From Lytechinus pictus (lineage: Eukaryota), in the NCBI RefSeq assembly GCF_037042905.1, contig NC_087246.1, positions 55,614,001 to 55,678,000 of the forward strand: DNA of 64,000 nucleotides. The letters run 5' to 3'. Positions 23,301-35,700 of this stretch are shown one piece after another; the stretch's first letter is position 1, and each line of letters starts with the position of its first letter. The notes under the pieces are model-generated. The model had not been told where the DNA came from. It was given only the letters and a program-made list of their open reading frames with translations, and did not search any database. The position numbers and the translations under genes are program-made.

Positions 23301-24411
23301 TTTTTGTTGTAAATAAGATTCTTGCATTACCCTTAGGACAAAACAAAAATGCCTAGTAAATGGATTTCAAGTGCCTAGGGACTCTCTCTTTTAGGAAGTT
23401 ACAGAATATTTAAGTTGCAACTTTTTCTTATGAAATTTTGTAGACCAAGCTTGCTATTGAAGCATCTATGAATGTAGAATCATGTCAAGAAGCAGCACGT
23501 ATCATCAGAGACATCTTGCCTTTCATCGAGAACAGAGAGAGACAAAGATGTATTTGTCTTAATAGGTAATTGACAATGCTCACAATTTTTGTACAAGCAA
23601 GGTCGTTGAACTTGTTACATTAACAAAATTATATTAATGACATTAACATTTATTTCTCATACTAGTGAAATTGTTACTTTTGATTGACTAATTGCAGATT
23701 TTCTTTATAAATTTGTGTATTTGTTATTTATAATAAATTTTGAGAAATTGAAAATTCAAATTTTGGGCTTGCACCCAGTAAATAAGATACATTTGCACTG
23801 ATGGACAAGTCAGAACAAATATTGGAACCAGTGGGATTTGAACTTCTCATCTACTGATTGCCGGTCAGCGACTCTGTCACCAGGCCATCACTGGTCCATG
23901 GCACAGTCATGATGATATAAGAACAAGTACATCAGTGCCTTTGAATTTTAAGCTGACTTGAATTTATACATGTAGTCCACTTTTTAGAAATTTGAAATTT
24001 TGTTCACCATGAAAGTATAAATATATATTTTGATAAACAATCAAAATGAGTCAACAAAGTATTGAAGAGAATGCATCCACGGAGGAATAGAGTTTGTTGA
24101 TAGGTGTCAACATAATACGTCAAGAGTTAAACAATACCTGGGACCTAGAGCTCTCATAGTCAACGACTCTTATCCAACAGTAAATTTTCTCCACTTTGCA
24201 AATATGCCCAATATCAATGTATTCTTGAATGAGAGGGAAGGTTATCCCAGGACTGTCTTGAATTGACATCTCATTTATTTTCACCATTTCCAGGTATAGT
24301 GGAGATGCTCTCCTCAGTATCAAACCAGACCGCCTTCCACTCTATAGACCGACCTGGGATGACAGTGACCTTTCACGACCTTTGCCCTTTACCCTTACCA
24401 AGGTCATCTAG
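14318..24411 (+). CDS. FTO: FTO alpha-ketoglutarate-dependent dioxygenase (RNA demethylase) gene; 7 homology-supported coding exons, about 548 aa (578 aa with candidate exon 1)
   Basis: join(14318..14398,14923..15781,16945..17126,17959..18123,22730..22849,23444..23565,24294..24411) is one open frame with GT-AG introns and aligns across both the catalytic and C-terminal domains of human FTO. Confidence 0.96.
14923..15781 (+). CDS. FTO: FTO exon 3 (catalytic domain, HxD motif)
   Basis: [65 protein letters not shown]; donor G|GTAGGT, phase 1. Confidence 0.95.
15990..16462 (+). repeat. Two tandem fragments of a Helentron/DINE-like repeat
   Basis: Repeated GGTCACATGA-CAAGGTCA motifs; ends GCAGG(C/T)GAGACT.CCAGAGGC.TTCCAC.TGT at about 16146-16177 and 16429-16460. 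Confidence 0.4.
16945..17126 (+). CDS. FTO: FTO exon 4 (equivalent to human exons 4+5 without the intervening intron)
   Basis: [56 protein letters not shown]; contains the H307, R316 and R322 equivalents. Confidence 0.95.
17247..17712. mobile_element. MITE
   Basis: 21-bp perfect TIRs AATTCTCGCTACCCCAAATAG / CTATTTGGGGTAGCGAGAATT. Confidence 0.75.
17959..18123 (+). CDS. FTO: FTO exon 5
   Basis: [20 protein letters not shown]...EEVHNE matches human GTLDYILQRCQLALQNV...EEIHNE. Confidence 0.93.
18623..21417 (+). mobile_element. HERO-type (R2-group, REL endonuclease) non-LTR retrotransposon, 5'-truncated
   Basis: 16-bp TSD TTTTATGAAATCAAGG at 18607-18622 and 21418-21433; RT, CCHC and PD-(D/E)xK domains; 3' UTR stem GGGAGT...ACTCCC at 21315-21346. 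Confidence 0.9.
18625..21194 (+). pseudogene. HERO RT/REL-endonuclease ORF with one frameshift near 19700
   Basis: [47 protein letters not shown]; after the shift [12 protein letters not shown]...LPGKLKLW; [29 protein letters not shown]...ELTVPWE...RK. Confidence 0.9.
22730..22849 (+). CDS. FTO: FTO exon 6
   Basis: [13 protein letters not shown]...[18 protein letters not shown]; 120 nt, phase 0/0, as for the corresponding human exon. Confidence 0.95.
23010..23180 (-). mobile_element. SINE fragment (Deu/CORE-like central domain)
   Basis: Minus strand reads TTTGCCACTCGTCACCCAGGTGTTAAATGGGTAAC. Confidence 0.5.
23444..23565 (+). CDS. FTO: FTO exon 7
   Basis: tttgtag acceptor, TKLAIEAS...[12 protein letters not shown]...NR, phase-2 GTAATT donor as in human. 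Confidence 0.88.
24294..24411 (+). CDS. FTO: FTO last coding exon
   Basis: [38 protein letters not shown] matches human ...[21 protein letters not shown]. Confidence 0.9.
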
Positions 24412-24984
24412 AGGTTGAAAGTGAGGCTGATTGAAGTGTAGTAGGAATCATCGTGTACCTGACCTGTCTTAAACCAGACCACCTTCCACTCTACGTCAAT
24501 CGTTGACAGTTGTAAGTTATTTTTTCATTTAAATTCTCACTATTTCCAAGAAACAATTTGAAGTGGTGCATCAGATGCTTTAATCATTAAGACCAATCAG
24601 AAAAAAGAGGCGGGGGTGAAGCACCTGGCACAAGCGCAAATTTGCACCCTTTAAAAATATGATGCATGGGATGAAAAGTAAACATCCCATGCCCCCTCTC
24701 CCCTTCTCTCTCAGAAGTGGTGCCTGAGGCAGTTTCATCAGCCGTCACTTCAAGGAGATAGTCAACTTTTCATAAGTTGGCCTTCTAAAGTCAAAGCAAT
24801 TTTTAGACCAGATTATGTGAGACGTGTTATTTACCTTCTGTAAGTCGAATTTAAGTGGAACAGATTTGTATGGTCCAAGGAGATTGACATAAGCAGGGTT
24901 ATCTGTACTGTCATAATTTTTGTTTACCTGAATTTAAATTTGATTTGAATATTGTATGTTAACCATCCCACATATATGGCTTTG

Positions 24985-25228
24985 AAAACAGGAGACAAAG
25001 ATGTATTTGCCTTAATAGGCATTTGTCAATGCTCGCAATTTTTGTATTAGCAAGGTCGTTGAACTTGTTACAATAAAAAAAAATGATATTAACATTTACT
25101 AGTGAAATTAATTATTTTGATTGACTAGTCGCAAATTTTTATTTTTTTTTATTTTTGTATTTGTTATTTACAATAAATTTTAAGGAATTGAAAATTCAAA
25201 TTTCTGGCTTGCACCCAGTAAATAAGAT
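24985..25228 (+). repeat. Local duplicate of the FTO exon 7 3' end and following intron (source about 23530-23788)
   Basis: GAGACAAAGATGTATTTG.CTTAATAGG...TTGCACCCAGTAAATAAGAT occurs twice; the donor is GC in the copy. Confidence 0.9.
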
Positions 25229-27182
25229 TGTATTATCTATGCACTTGTCACAGAGGATACATTGTACAATAATTCAATCTTTTGTAAATTATTTTTTAAA
25301 TAAATGCATTCCAGGTTGACGGAGAAGATGACACTCAGGGTCCCTCTCATTCTTTCTCCATAGATGAGTCTACTTTCTGGTCTTATTCAAAGCAGTCAAT
25401 TATGTAACAACACTACTGATGCCAGAATGGTAAGTTATTATTTTCACTATAAAATAAAAAGTAACTAGATTACTGGATATTCTTCAATAGATGCTTAATA
25501 AATCATATTGCCAAACTCACACAATATACATATTTTTTGATGGATGGTCTGAGCTGGGTGCATAATACATGAATGATATATATTTGTCTTGAGCAGAAGG
25601 TAGATTGTCAACCATCACGAAAAGCTCATGAGATATAAATTATGTCTCTCCAACTTCATTCAGGATAAAATTGAAATTGTCATGCTATCATTTTTAATAA
25701 GCCATGTTAGTAACGATGCAATCTGATACACCGGTAGCATTAATGACTGGCACATATGTCCTACCGAATCTGATTAGATGATGTGATATCTGGTGAATTA
25801 GGATTTCATTTGTAACTCAAAGTTCATTTACATCAAATAGGCTCTTTTCAGAAGGAAACATTTTTTGAGACATTGTTTTGTCCCAGATTGCATTTGTCCC
25901 AATGCACAATTTACCTCATTTACTATGTACATGTGCTGTGTAGTATGACAATTATTTTTAAGGAAATAGTATTAGAATATTTTGCTCTCTCACTTTATAC
26001 TTGCAGTACAACATGGATACACCCCTATCTTGTGTTAACCTTCTTCCAAGCATAACTGAGAGAGATAGTCTACCAGAGACAAGGACATGATGCCCAAATA
26101 GAAATCTTCATCTACACAGAGTGACTGGTGTGTGAACAGTTATTGATATTTACTCTTGGGTATGATCCATTAGAGATGATGAATTTGATACCAAACTCTT
26201 CATATACACCCTTCATCTGGTATTAATAATCTGTCTTGTGTATACGAAAGTGATGGTTGCCAGGCATTTGTTCTTGATACCAGTCTTTATCTAGACAATC
26301 TGTCTGGTGTTAACCATATTCTATATATACATAGCCGGATACTTAACTGTCTCGAAGTGATTGAGAAAGGCTGTTTATATTGCATCTAAGAACTGGTGTT
26401 TGCTGTAAAGCAATGGAATCACCAAAAGGATAAATTCTCCTGAAGACCATGTGCTCTCCACATGACCTTGGAATACACCCAAATTGTCGGTCCAACAGTT
26501 TCTACCATTTTTTGTTGTTGTATTTTAATGTGAGGGCAAACCTTCCAAGGGATAATTATCATTTTTATTCATGATATTCTAATTAAACATCATGAAAAGA
26601 AGAAAATTTGATCTTGTCGAGACTTGAAACTGAGAGCAATCATTCTACAACGTTCACTAACACCCACAATCATCAGACAAGTCATTGGGGCTGCTGGAAG
26701 GCTACATAATGCATGGATGATAGGATTTCCACAAAGGGCAATTCCATGCTAGAAAAATCAGCAATTTTCACATCATTTTCAACCTGCTGTCCAAACGAAC
26801 AAAGAACTTCAATTTGCTTTATGGTAATATTAAAGTACTACTGGGTAGACATGCAAAAAACTGACAACCAACAAAAAATATAGATGAATGTAAGCTTAAA
26901 ATGTTGCATTTTTGCCTATAATTTAAACATAATCATTTTTTTTTGTGTTGGTTATTAGTTTTTCACATGACTACCCACTATAGCTTTATCATTGACAAAA
27001 AGGATATTTTATTGCTCAAGCATTCAGCTAGGATACGAGAAATTGTCAAAATGTCCTGTACGACACGTATGGAATCGCCCCAAAATGACTGCCTCGTCTT
27101 TTTCTGCAGCACCATGATCTTGTCTATGGTGTGAGATTCAAACCTGACCAGTGAGTCTTAATAAATACAGACAAAGCATCCT

Positions 27183-27188
27183 TTTATT
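27183..27188 (-). promoter_or_regulatory. Candidate polyadenylation signal for Sowah
   Basis: AATAAA on the minus strand about 2.5 kb past the stop; other AATAAA sites also exist. Confidence 0.25.
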
Positions 27189-28083
27189 AATTTGTACATA
27201 TTGAATTTAATGGCAATATCTCTTTACAAATACCTGGAAGATCATCGATCTTAACAAGAGTAAGATGGAACCCTGATCAACCAATGTTTAAAATGTTTAA
27301 TCTATTCATATAAATTGTATTATTTACTGTTATTTTTAAGCACTAAATAGCTACATGTACCATACAGGAAATTTTTGGCAGTTCAACATGTATGTCAAGT
27401 TGACTTTAGTATGACCTACAATGTCTTACAGAGGATTAAAGAGGATCATCAATCAGCTTGTATGGAAGCTTAAACATGCAAATTTCTTACCATTTCCAAT
27501 GTACTGTCCCAAATGTACCATTGCATGGCCATGTATGTCTGTGCATTTAGCTTTGCGAGCTAACTGCGCCTATGATTACTTGTTTCTTTATTGGTTCCTT
27601 TGACATTAATATCTCGGTATTCAAGGTGTTGTTCAACCCCAAAAAGCAAATATTCTAATTCATGCAATTTTACAGAATTTAAAAAATGTGACATCACACA
27701 CTAGTGTCTATTCGTAATATTACAGCATGCTTGAACAGACATGTTATATCATATCAGTTTATGAGTTTGATTGATATCAGTAAGGACTGGTGATTTGGGT
27801 GTCTATGTAAAGCAATGTCTATGTAGATAACTATATTACAATAGAAAACCCATCAATTTATATATTCATCGCTCAATCACATGTTCTTTTAAAAAATACA
27901 CAAGATTTGGTTAACATGCCAACGCATTAAATAAATAAGGTTTCATTTAAAAACGTTGCTCACAATCTCTGACCTTCTTCCTTACAAAATATTTAAGGTT
28001 TAATGTTCTTTCCCTTTATCAGACTCATGTAGTCTTGAATACTTGGAGCCTTTTTCATATTTCACCAAAATGAATTCACTTGA

Positions 28084-28504
28084 AGGGGAAGTAGGTCCTA
28101 GGGATAAATCGGTTTTGATGAAGGAGACAAATTAGAGAAAAATATTGAAGGTTTGATGAAAATCCATTAAAGAATAAGAAAGTTATAAATGGTTGAATTG
28201 GACGTCATATGCAAGCAGCTTCCCCATATATCATGTAAGATGACTTCTATTTTTCATTTAATGAACAAGAATGAAAATAATTTTCTTATAGAAGGGGGTA
28301 TGAAATGATGTATCTGGATATATATCAGCCCCACGAATAAAATCACTTTCTATTTTATTTTTTGGTGGGGGAGAAAATAGCATTTAAAGGATGAGATACA
28401 AGTACACGCCATCACAAAATAAAACTTTTATTATCAAACCTTCACTAATATTTTTCTCTATTTTTTTTCCGCATTGCAGGTAATCATCAGGGTAAACTTC
28501 CCCT
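28084..28504. mobile_element. Old TTAA-type (Kolobok-like) MITE
   Basis: AGGGGAAGT...ACTTCCCCT|TTAA termini; internal motifs resemble the 33693 family. Confidence 0.55.
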
Positions 28505-29345
28505 TTAAGCAGAACTGCTCAAATCATTTGTTTAAGATACCTAAAGAACAAGAGAGCTGTGTAAATTACAAATTCAAATGGATGTATAATCAAACCATGG
28601 CATTATTATGAAATAGGTGTCTTCTTCTTGTTCACTTTGTACAGTTACAGATTCATATATTAAATCTATTGACTTCACATGGAAGTGTGTGTGTACTTAC
28701 GTCAAAGGTTTCTCATGCCCACATTAAACAAGCTGAAAACTTTTTTTAATTTTTAAATTTAATGGAATGTAATATCAATCACCTTTAGATAAATACAAAA
28801 ATATTTAAGATAATGATTCGCCACTATATCTAAAATAATGTACAGGGGATGGGGAAAATATATTCACTGTAATATACATATAAGATATCTATTACTAATT
28901 ATAAATATTAAGTAGTATATGCTTGTATTTCAGCCTGTCTAGTGATAAGCTTTTAAATATTCCCTGATGATAAGCTCAGGGCACACTACACGATCAATTG
29001 TGATCCAGTTTTCAAAGAAATTGTAATAGCATTTGATATGAACATTCCAACCCATAAAACTTTCACGATCAAAGTTCCAAATAGTGATACAAGTACTGTA
29101 ATCAGAATTCCAGTCCAATTCTAGCCTCCCTGGAGGAATAAAAGCAAATTCAATTCCAAAATGTAATGAAGACATCATTGGCTGCGACTGGAAGCTGAAT
29201 TGAACTTTACTCTGACCAGAAGGCTTGCAGCAAAAACAACAGAATTCTGGTCGAAGATTTCCTAGCATTATACCGAACTTCAAATAAAATAATATCACTT
29301 CTTGGAACTTTCACATTTAATGAAATAAGCTTTTAAATTCGTTCA

Positions 29346-29605
29346 CCGGTGTGTTGGTTCAGTTGGTAGAGCGTCCGTCTCACAACCGGGAGGTCGGGGG
29401 TTCAAACCCTGGCCGCGTCAGACCAAAAGACATTAAAAGATGGGAGTTGCTGCTACCCTGATTGGCGTTCAACGATTAAAGGGATGAAGCCTCGTAGATC
29501 TGGTGCTGCACAGCGGCTGCCGGGCCCAAGATCAATTGGGCAAAGCAAATTTTTGGAGTATTTCATTTCATGTCTATTTCGAACAATAAAATATGGATTT
29601 TAATA
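29346..29605 (+). mobile_element. tRNA-derived SINE in the Sowah 3' UTR
   Basis: A box TGGTTCAGTTGG, B box GGTTCAAACCC, AATAAA-containing tail, imperfect flanking repeat AATT(C/TT)GTTCA. Confidence 0.8.
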
Positions 29606-29662
29606 ATTTTGTTCAACATTGTTTAAAGTGTGCACCGGGCCTTTGTTATTCTGATAACCAGC

Positions 29663-29735
29663 TCAGACGTAGGTAGTAGGTGTGGTCTCCACAATCATAT
29701 CGGGATCAGATTCACTTTTTCTCATCGTCTCAGAT
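29663..29735 (-). CDS. Sowah: Sowah last exon (SETMRKSESDPDMIVETTPTTYV*)
   Basis: tcttacag acceptor, phase 2; ends in the class I PDZ-binding-like T-Y-V. Confidence 0.75.
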
Positions 29736-32700
29736 CTGTAAGACAGAGAAATGTGAAAAAAAAATCAATCTAGGGAGAAAAGCAACAGTTTAAACTGGTA
29801 TCTGGTAAGGTCAGGTTATGTTTTTAATAGAAATAAGCAGTTTTATGGCCTAATTTCAGAGTAATAGAAATGTGTTTTTCAATAATATTTGGTAAATCAT
29901 GTACTGCACTATTCTACTTTAGATGTATTGAAGGGACATAGTAATTTAATTGAATATTATTAACAACTGTTTTATTGAATTCTGCATTTTTATTGCACCA
30001 ATGATGTTATTTGGGAATTATGGTCATTGGTACATTTCTTGTGTATTAAGGTAGTGGAACAAAAATAAATTACAATTCTAATGGACAAACATGCAACCCT
30101 GTCACGTTTTTTTTTTCAAGAACAAGTCTTTATTTTTATTGTATTGGTAAGTTCAATGACAGCTGCCCTTGTTGATTTTATTGGATTATGTAATAATATA
30201 AGTTGCCTACCTCCCCCACAAAAAAAGAATTAAAAATTGGTAAAATTAACCTTGTCCCCCCCAAAAAAATATTATTTGGTTATTATATTCAAACTACATT
30301 TTCATGATTGGAGCACAGGCGTAAATCCATGATGTCATGCCATTTAAGTGGGGGGATAGAACAATAGATCATCCCTCCCTGAAGTTAGGTGTGATGCAAT
30401 GATTTACGCCAATGGAATGGAGCCTGTCCCGTAGTGATGATCTGATTGTAAAAATAATGTCTTATAATGTTAACAATTGATTACCTGTCTTTATCTGATG
30501 AACTCCTTAATTTTCTACTCCTGTTTGGTACAGTGTAACCTGAGGGAGGGGGCATCAACTGTCAGAAAAATAGATACATAAAAGTCAATAACATGATGGT
30601 CCTTTTTCCACATGATGCATTACAAACTTTGCCCTTGAGATAAACGTTGTAAAACAAAAGCATAGTACTGATTCAGTGTTTTGGGTAAGAAGTATAGTGA
30701 GTGATTGTATTACCGACCGGCCTTGTATTACCGAACGCGTGCATCGTACGCGTCAGAAAATAATTTCATACGCTCAAAACTTTGCAACATCCTTCCAAAG
30801 GGAACTTGAATAGAAAGATGATAAAAATTGTCAAAAACACATTTTCAAAGTCTTAATATTCTAAAAATAATAAAAATATGTTCAAAATAGCTCATCGGTG
30901 ATTTTGTTTTCTCAATTTTTCCCATAGAAAACACACGTTCGGTAAAACGATACCTTTTTCAAGTGACCAAAATATTTCACATGCGAAGAGGGGTCAGATT
31001 GGAAGCTAATATCGTTTAAAAAAAAAATGATTTCGGCAAAATGTTTACATATTTATATTTTGAAGGTAATTGTGTATTTATGGTGAAAGTTTGATGAATT
31101 TTATGAGAATAATGTGTTTGATATGATTGAATTCATGAAAATTGTTCGGTAATACGATCCACTACCATACTTCATCACATTCACATCTTAACAAATTTGA
31201 AAGTCCCATAATCATTCTTGAGATGGGGATATACAGCAAATTCTTTATTTTTCTTTGTTGCCCTGGCAACATCAAATAATAATTGTGACATTCCAACAAA
31301 TTCTAGAGAACTGTACTTGATACTTGATTATGTTACATCAACAAAATTGACTTCAGAACCGACTAATGGTATGTCATTGTAAATAACGTAATAGATCTGG
31401 TCAGTCTGGGGTTAGTTTGCCAGTGCAGTGGTACGAAGTAAGTAATGACTACATTGGGTGATTTCAAGTCCGGTGTTGAAAATTGGATTGCTTCCCCTAG
31501 CTCCAAAACTTATTCAGAGTTTGTAAAACTGATCCAGGTCACATTATTGACATCTCAACAACTAATGAGTGACTTTTCAGGACCATCTTCATTTTATGTT
31601 TGGTGTTATACTCGAGTAAAAATTGACCTAACACCAACACCAAAAGGTCAATACTGAACTTGAAATCACCCTATCTCTTTTTCATTACCAATTCATGATG
31701 CATAACTTTGGTTGAAATATCACTCCAATCAAAAAATTGTTAGGAAGGAGCTGTAACTCTTCTAATGTATGCATACATCAATACATTGATGGATTCTAAA
31801 GCGTAACAAAGGGATTCACAACATGCCACTTGGCTTTGAGCCTCCAATCCATGCAGTACACCGTTCTTCAGTTTATTTCCAATTCGTCTAATGCCAACTC
31901 GTCTACTATCTGGTCTACCATCGGTTCGTCCACTATCCACATGGTTTAATTGCCAATTTGTCCACTCACCATTTCATCCAATAACCAGTTGGTTCAATAG
32001 CCATTTAGTCAATATACCATTTGGTCCAATTGGACTAAGTGTTAGTGTGCAAAATAAATGAAAATGAAATGGATATTAGACCAACTGGTTGTGAGACGAC
32101 ATGGTCAAAGACGAAATAGTGATTAGATGAAGTGATGATTGGACCAAATGGTTGTTGGACGAAAAGTTGATGGACAGAATGGCATTAGACTAAATGAAAG
32201 TAGACCATGTGGTGAGTGGATGAGTTGGCAGTTGACAAATTGGCAATTTACCTGTTCTTCTGCTGAGGTGATTTTTGGAACCCCAGTACCAGTTCCAAAT
32301 TCATAAAAGTATTGGTTAAATTACAACATAAATTTTCAAGCTCATGAATGGTTTGTGTTGGAAATAGGACTCCAAACAAGTCCTCAAATTTAGCACTATG
32401 CCCATCTCTTCATTTGTGTACCAGATTCGATCAAAGGAAAATCATATTTAGAATTGAGTATGTCCCCATCATTCGCGCAAGTTTTAGTATCCATGATTTA
32501 CAATCTTAGATCTAAAGTACTTTGTTTCTGCATGTTTTTTATGTTTCGGTTGTTGAAAATATATGAAGTTACAAAAATTTGTGTTTGCTCATGAAAGGCA
32601 TTACACATTTGACCATTAAGAAATAATTAAAAGGGACAGTGAACAGTTGCCGAGATACAATGTCAGATGCGTGAGTTTTGAACACTTATAATTCATCCTG

Positions 32701-35700
32701 CTACTGACTAATTTTCTTGTAACAGTTTTCCACTGTGAGTTTAAGAGAAACGCTGACTACAAATAAATCAGAAATCTTACCAAAGACTGGCTATAATTGA
32801 CACTATTCTTTGGTCTGCTCTTGGGTGAAGGGGGCGGGGTCACAGGGGGCGTCCTATCCCTCTTGTGATCTTTGTCTTCTAGATTCTCCGCTGATCCCCA
32901 AAGTCTGAAGGAATGCCTGAAGGAAGAGCGTAGGAGGGAGCCTATCTTGGAATGACGCTTCTCTTCTTGCTTTGGTTCAGCCAGTGACGCGAGGGTGTGG
33001 GGTTGGATTACTTCCGCTGTACAAAACAAAAACCATAAAATTTACGATCAACATAACTCACTATCAGAAATAGGGTAGTTGTTATGATTGAAATTCAATT
33101 CTCATTTGATAATTGTGAACAGCTAAGATATACCAAAGGCCCATTGCAGAAATAGTGATTTTAAACAAATCAAAAGTGCATATTACTGATATGTGCTGGT
33201 GTGCTTGAATTTCATTTGAGCATAACTATTTCTATAATGGACCCTTGATCAAACATTTATAATTCAATGGATATCACACCTGTAAACACTTTTAGATTGC
33301 TGTTTTGGTCTTAAACAAGATATTAAGCTATGAGCGGATAGGCACAAAAGAATATAGGGTCTCTAATGTTAGTAAATTGGACATCATGTTGTAAAATCTT
33401 GATTGGTATACCATCTAAACGATTCTAATTCACCCCCACATCCATCTAATGATATCAATTAACCACCCCCCTCAACAGGTTAATTTGTTCATGTTTTCAT
33501 TACCACTCAGTACTCCAGAGCAATCGTTGATGATCAAGAAAGTTCAAAAGTTCATATATTTTAATATTACAGTACACAGTTACACATGTGCATCAGATGA
33601 AATCTTTATTTGATCTTCTCATTTTCTTAAAGACATAAATATATATGCAAATATATTATGATACATTATAAAAAATATCTGTTATTGCTTAAAGGTCAAG
33701 TCCACCCCAGGAAAATGCTGACTTGAATAAATAGAGAAAACTCAAACTAGCATAGTTCTGAAAATTTCATCAAAATCGGATGTAAAATAAGAAAGTTATG
33801 ACATTTTAAAGTTTCGCTTTATTTTTCACAAAACATGTGATAATGCACAATTAGGTGAGTCAGTCGATGATGTCCATCACTCACTATTTCTTTTGTTTTT
33901 TATTGTTTGAATTATACAATATTTTATTTTTTACAGATTTGACAATAAGGACCAACTTGACTGAACCATATAGTATTAAACAATGCTAATTCCACATGTT
34001 CAGAGAGGAATTAAAGAATATAAGAATATTTCATATAATAAAATACAAAAGAAATAGTGAGTGGCTGACGTCATAGTCTCCTCATTTGCATACCAGCCAG
34101 GATGTGCATATAACTGTTTTGTGAAATGAAGCGAAACTTTAAAATGTCATAACTTTCTTATTTTACATCCGATTTTGATGAAATTTTCAGTGTTATGCTT
34201 GTTGGATTTTTCTCTTTTTATTCAAATCAACTTTTTGTTGGGGTGGACTTGTCCTTTAAAAACACACCAACAAATACTAATTTTGGCCAAATCAGTCATA
34301 AAGGGCTGGGAGACATTATTCTGATATATTAATTGCAATATAAAAAGTAATAGAATCATTAATATGAAATCCCATTTCATAGTAACCCCAGCTCCCCCAC
34401 ATCCATCAGTCAGCTGGATCATTCGTAGGTATATCTCAATTTACATCTGTGTGCCCTCTTTGAGTGAAATGTAAACTATGGAAAGCCAATGTCATAATTC
34501 ATTATACACAGGCTATAGGATGATGAGTTCCTTTGGCGCTAGCTTTCCATAGTTGATTAATATCCCTTTTAGACTGGGTCAAAGATGATACAGTTTCAAC
34601 GTTTAAATAAAATATAGCAAAATCAAAAATTTTCATACTTTTCATTTTTATTTTATTTTTTTGCTTGTTTTACAAACATTGACCTTATAACTTACTATTC
34701 CCATGTACTCTTACCTGTGGACTGTCCAAACATCATTTCTGTAAATAGAAAAGGAAAAAGTTAAAAATTATCCCAGATGATGTGACATATTCCCTGTATG
34801 TTCAATCATTCATTTAACTTGCTTGTTAAAACAGTAAAGAAATAAAGAATATGTATTTAAGTATGAACCAGTGAAATAACTATTTCTGTATTCTGGAAAA
34901 ATCTAAAATAATGTAATTTTCAAATTGTAATTTCTTCATTCAACATAAAAAACATCTTTAAGAGCTTTTTATATCATAGACCTGCATTTTTTTTTTCTGG
35001 TCTTGCTTGAATAATGTTTTCAAGTATCTAAAATCACTTCAAGATAATTGCACATAAATGATGCCAAAGAATAAGAAGCAAAGCTGTATGTGTGTTGATT
35101 GTTAGATAGCATCAAGCAAATCTTGGAATAAAAAATAACAAATGAATTTGCAGAATGAAATGTTGATCTCATTTGTGTGTGATATATAGCAAATGATAAT
35201 CAAAGGATTCAAACAATTTGAAGTTCACCTAATAAAAAAAAAATAATAATAATCTTTCACTCCATGCTGTAGTCATGAAAGATGAAACTTACTGATTGAC
35301 TTAAAATTTGATTCTTTTTTCAAAGGAATGACCATATGGTAGATGTGAATTCAGCATTCAAAGAAAAAAAACATGACCCAAAATCAACCAAGAGAAATGC
35401 AGTTAGACTAAAACTGAAACATTGCAAAGGCAAGAAAAACTATTTTGATTCAAGTAAGTGTGTAAACGCATTGAAATGTGTATCAAGGAGTTGAGACAGA
35501 AATAAGTGGTCGAAGGGGGGAGGTACATGTAAATAGAAACATTTATGAATCATAAAACATAGTTCACAGATGTTTGAAAAACATAAAGAGTGTAAGATTG
35601 TCTAACCTGCATAAATGTGGGCCAAATAAATGTTTCAATTCATCCACAAAATGTGATTAATAAAATGTGAAAATAAATGCTCTTTAGAGCTGAATAGGAG

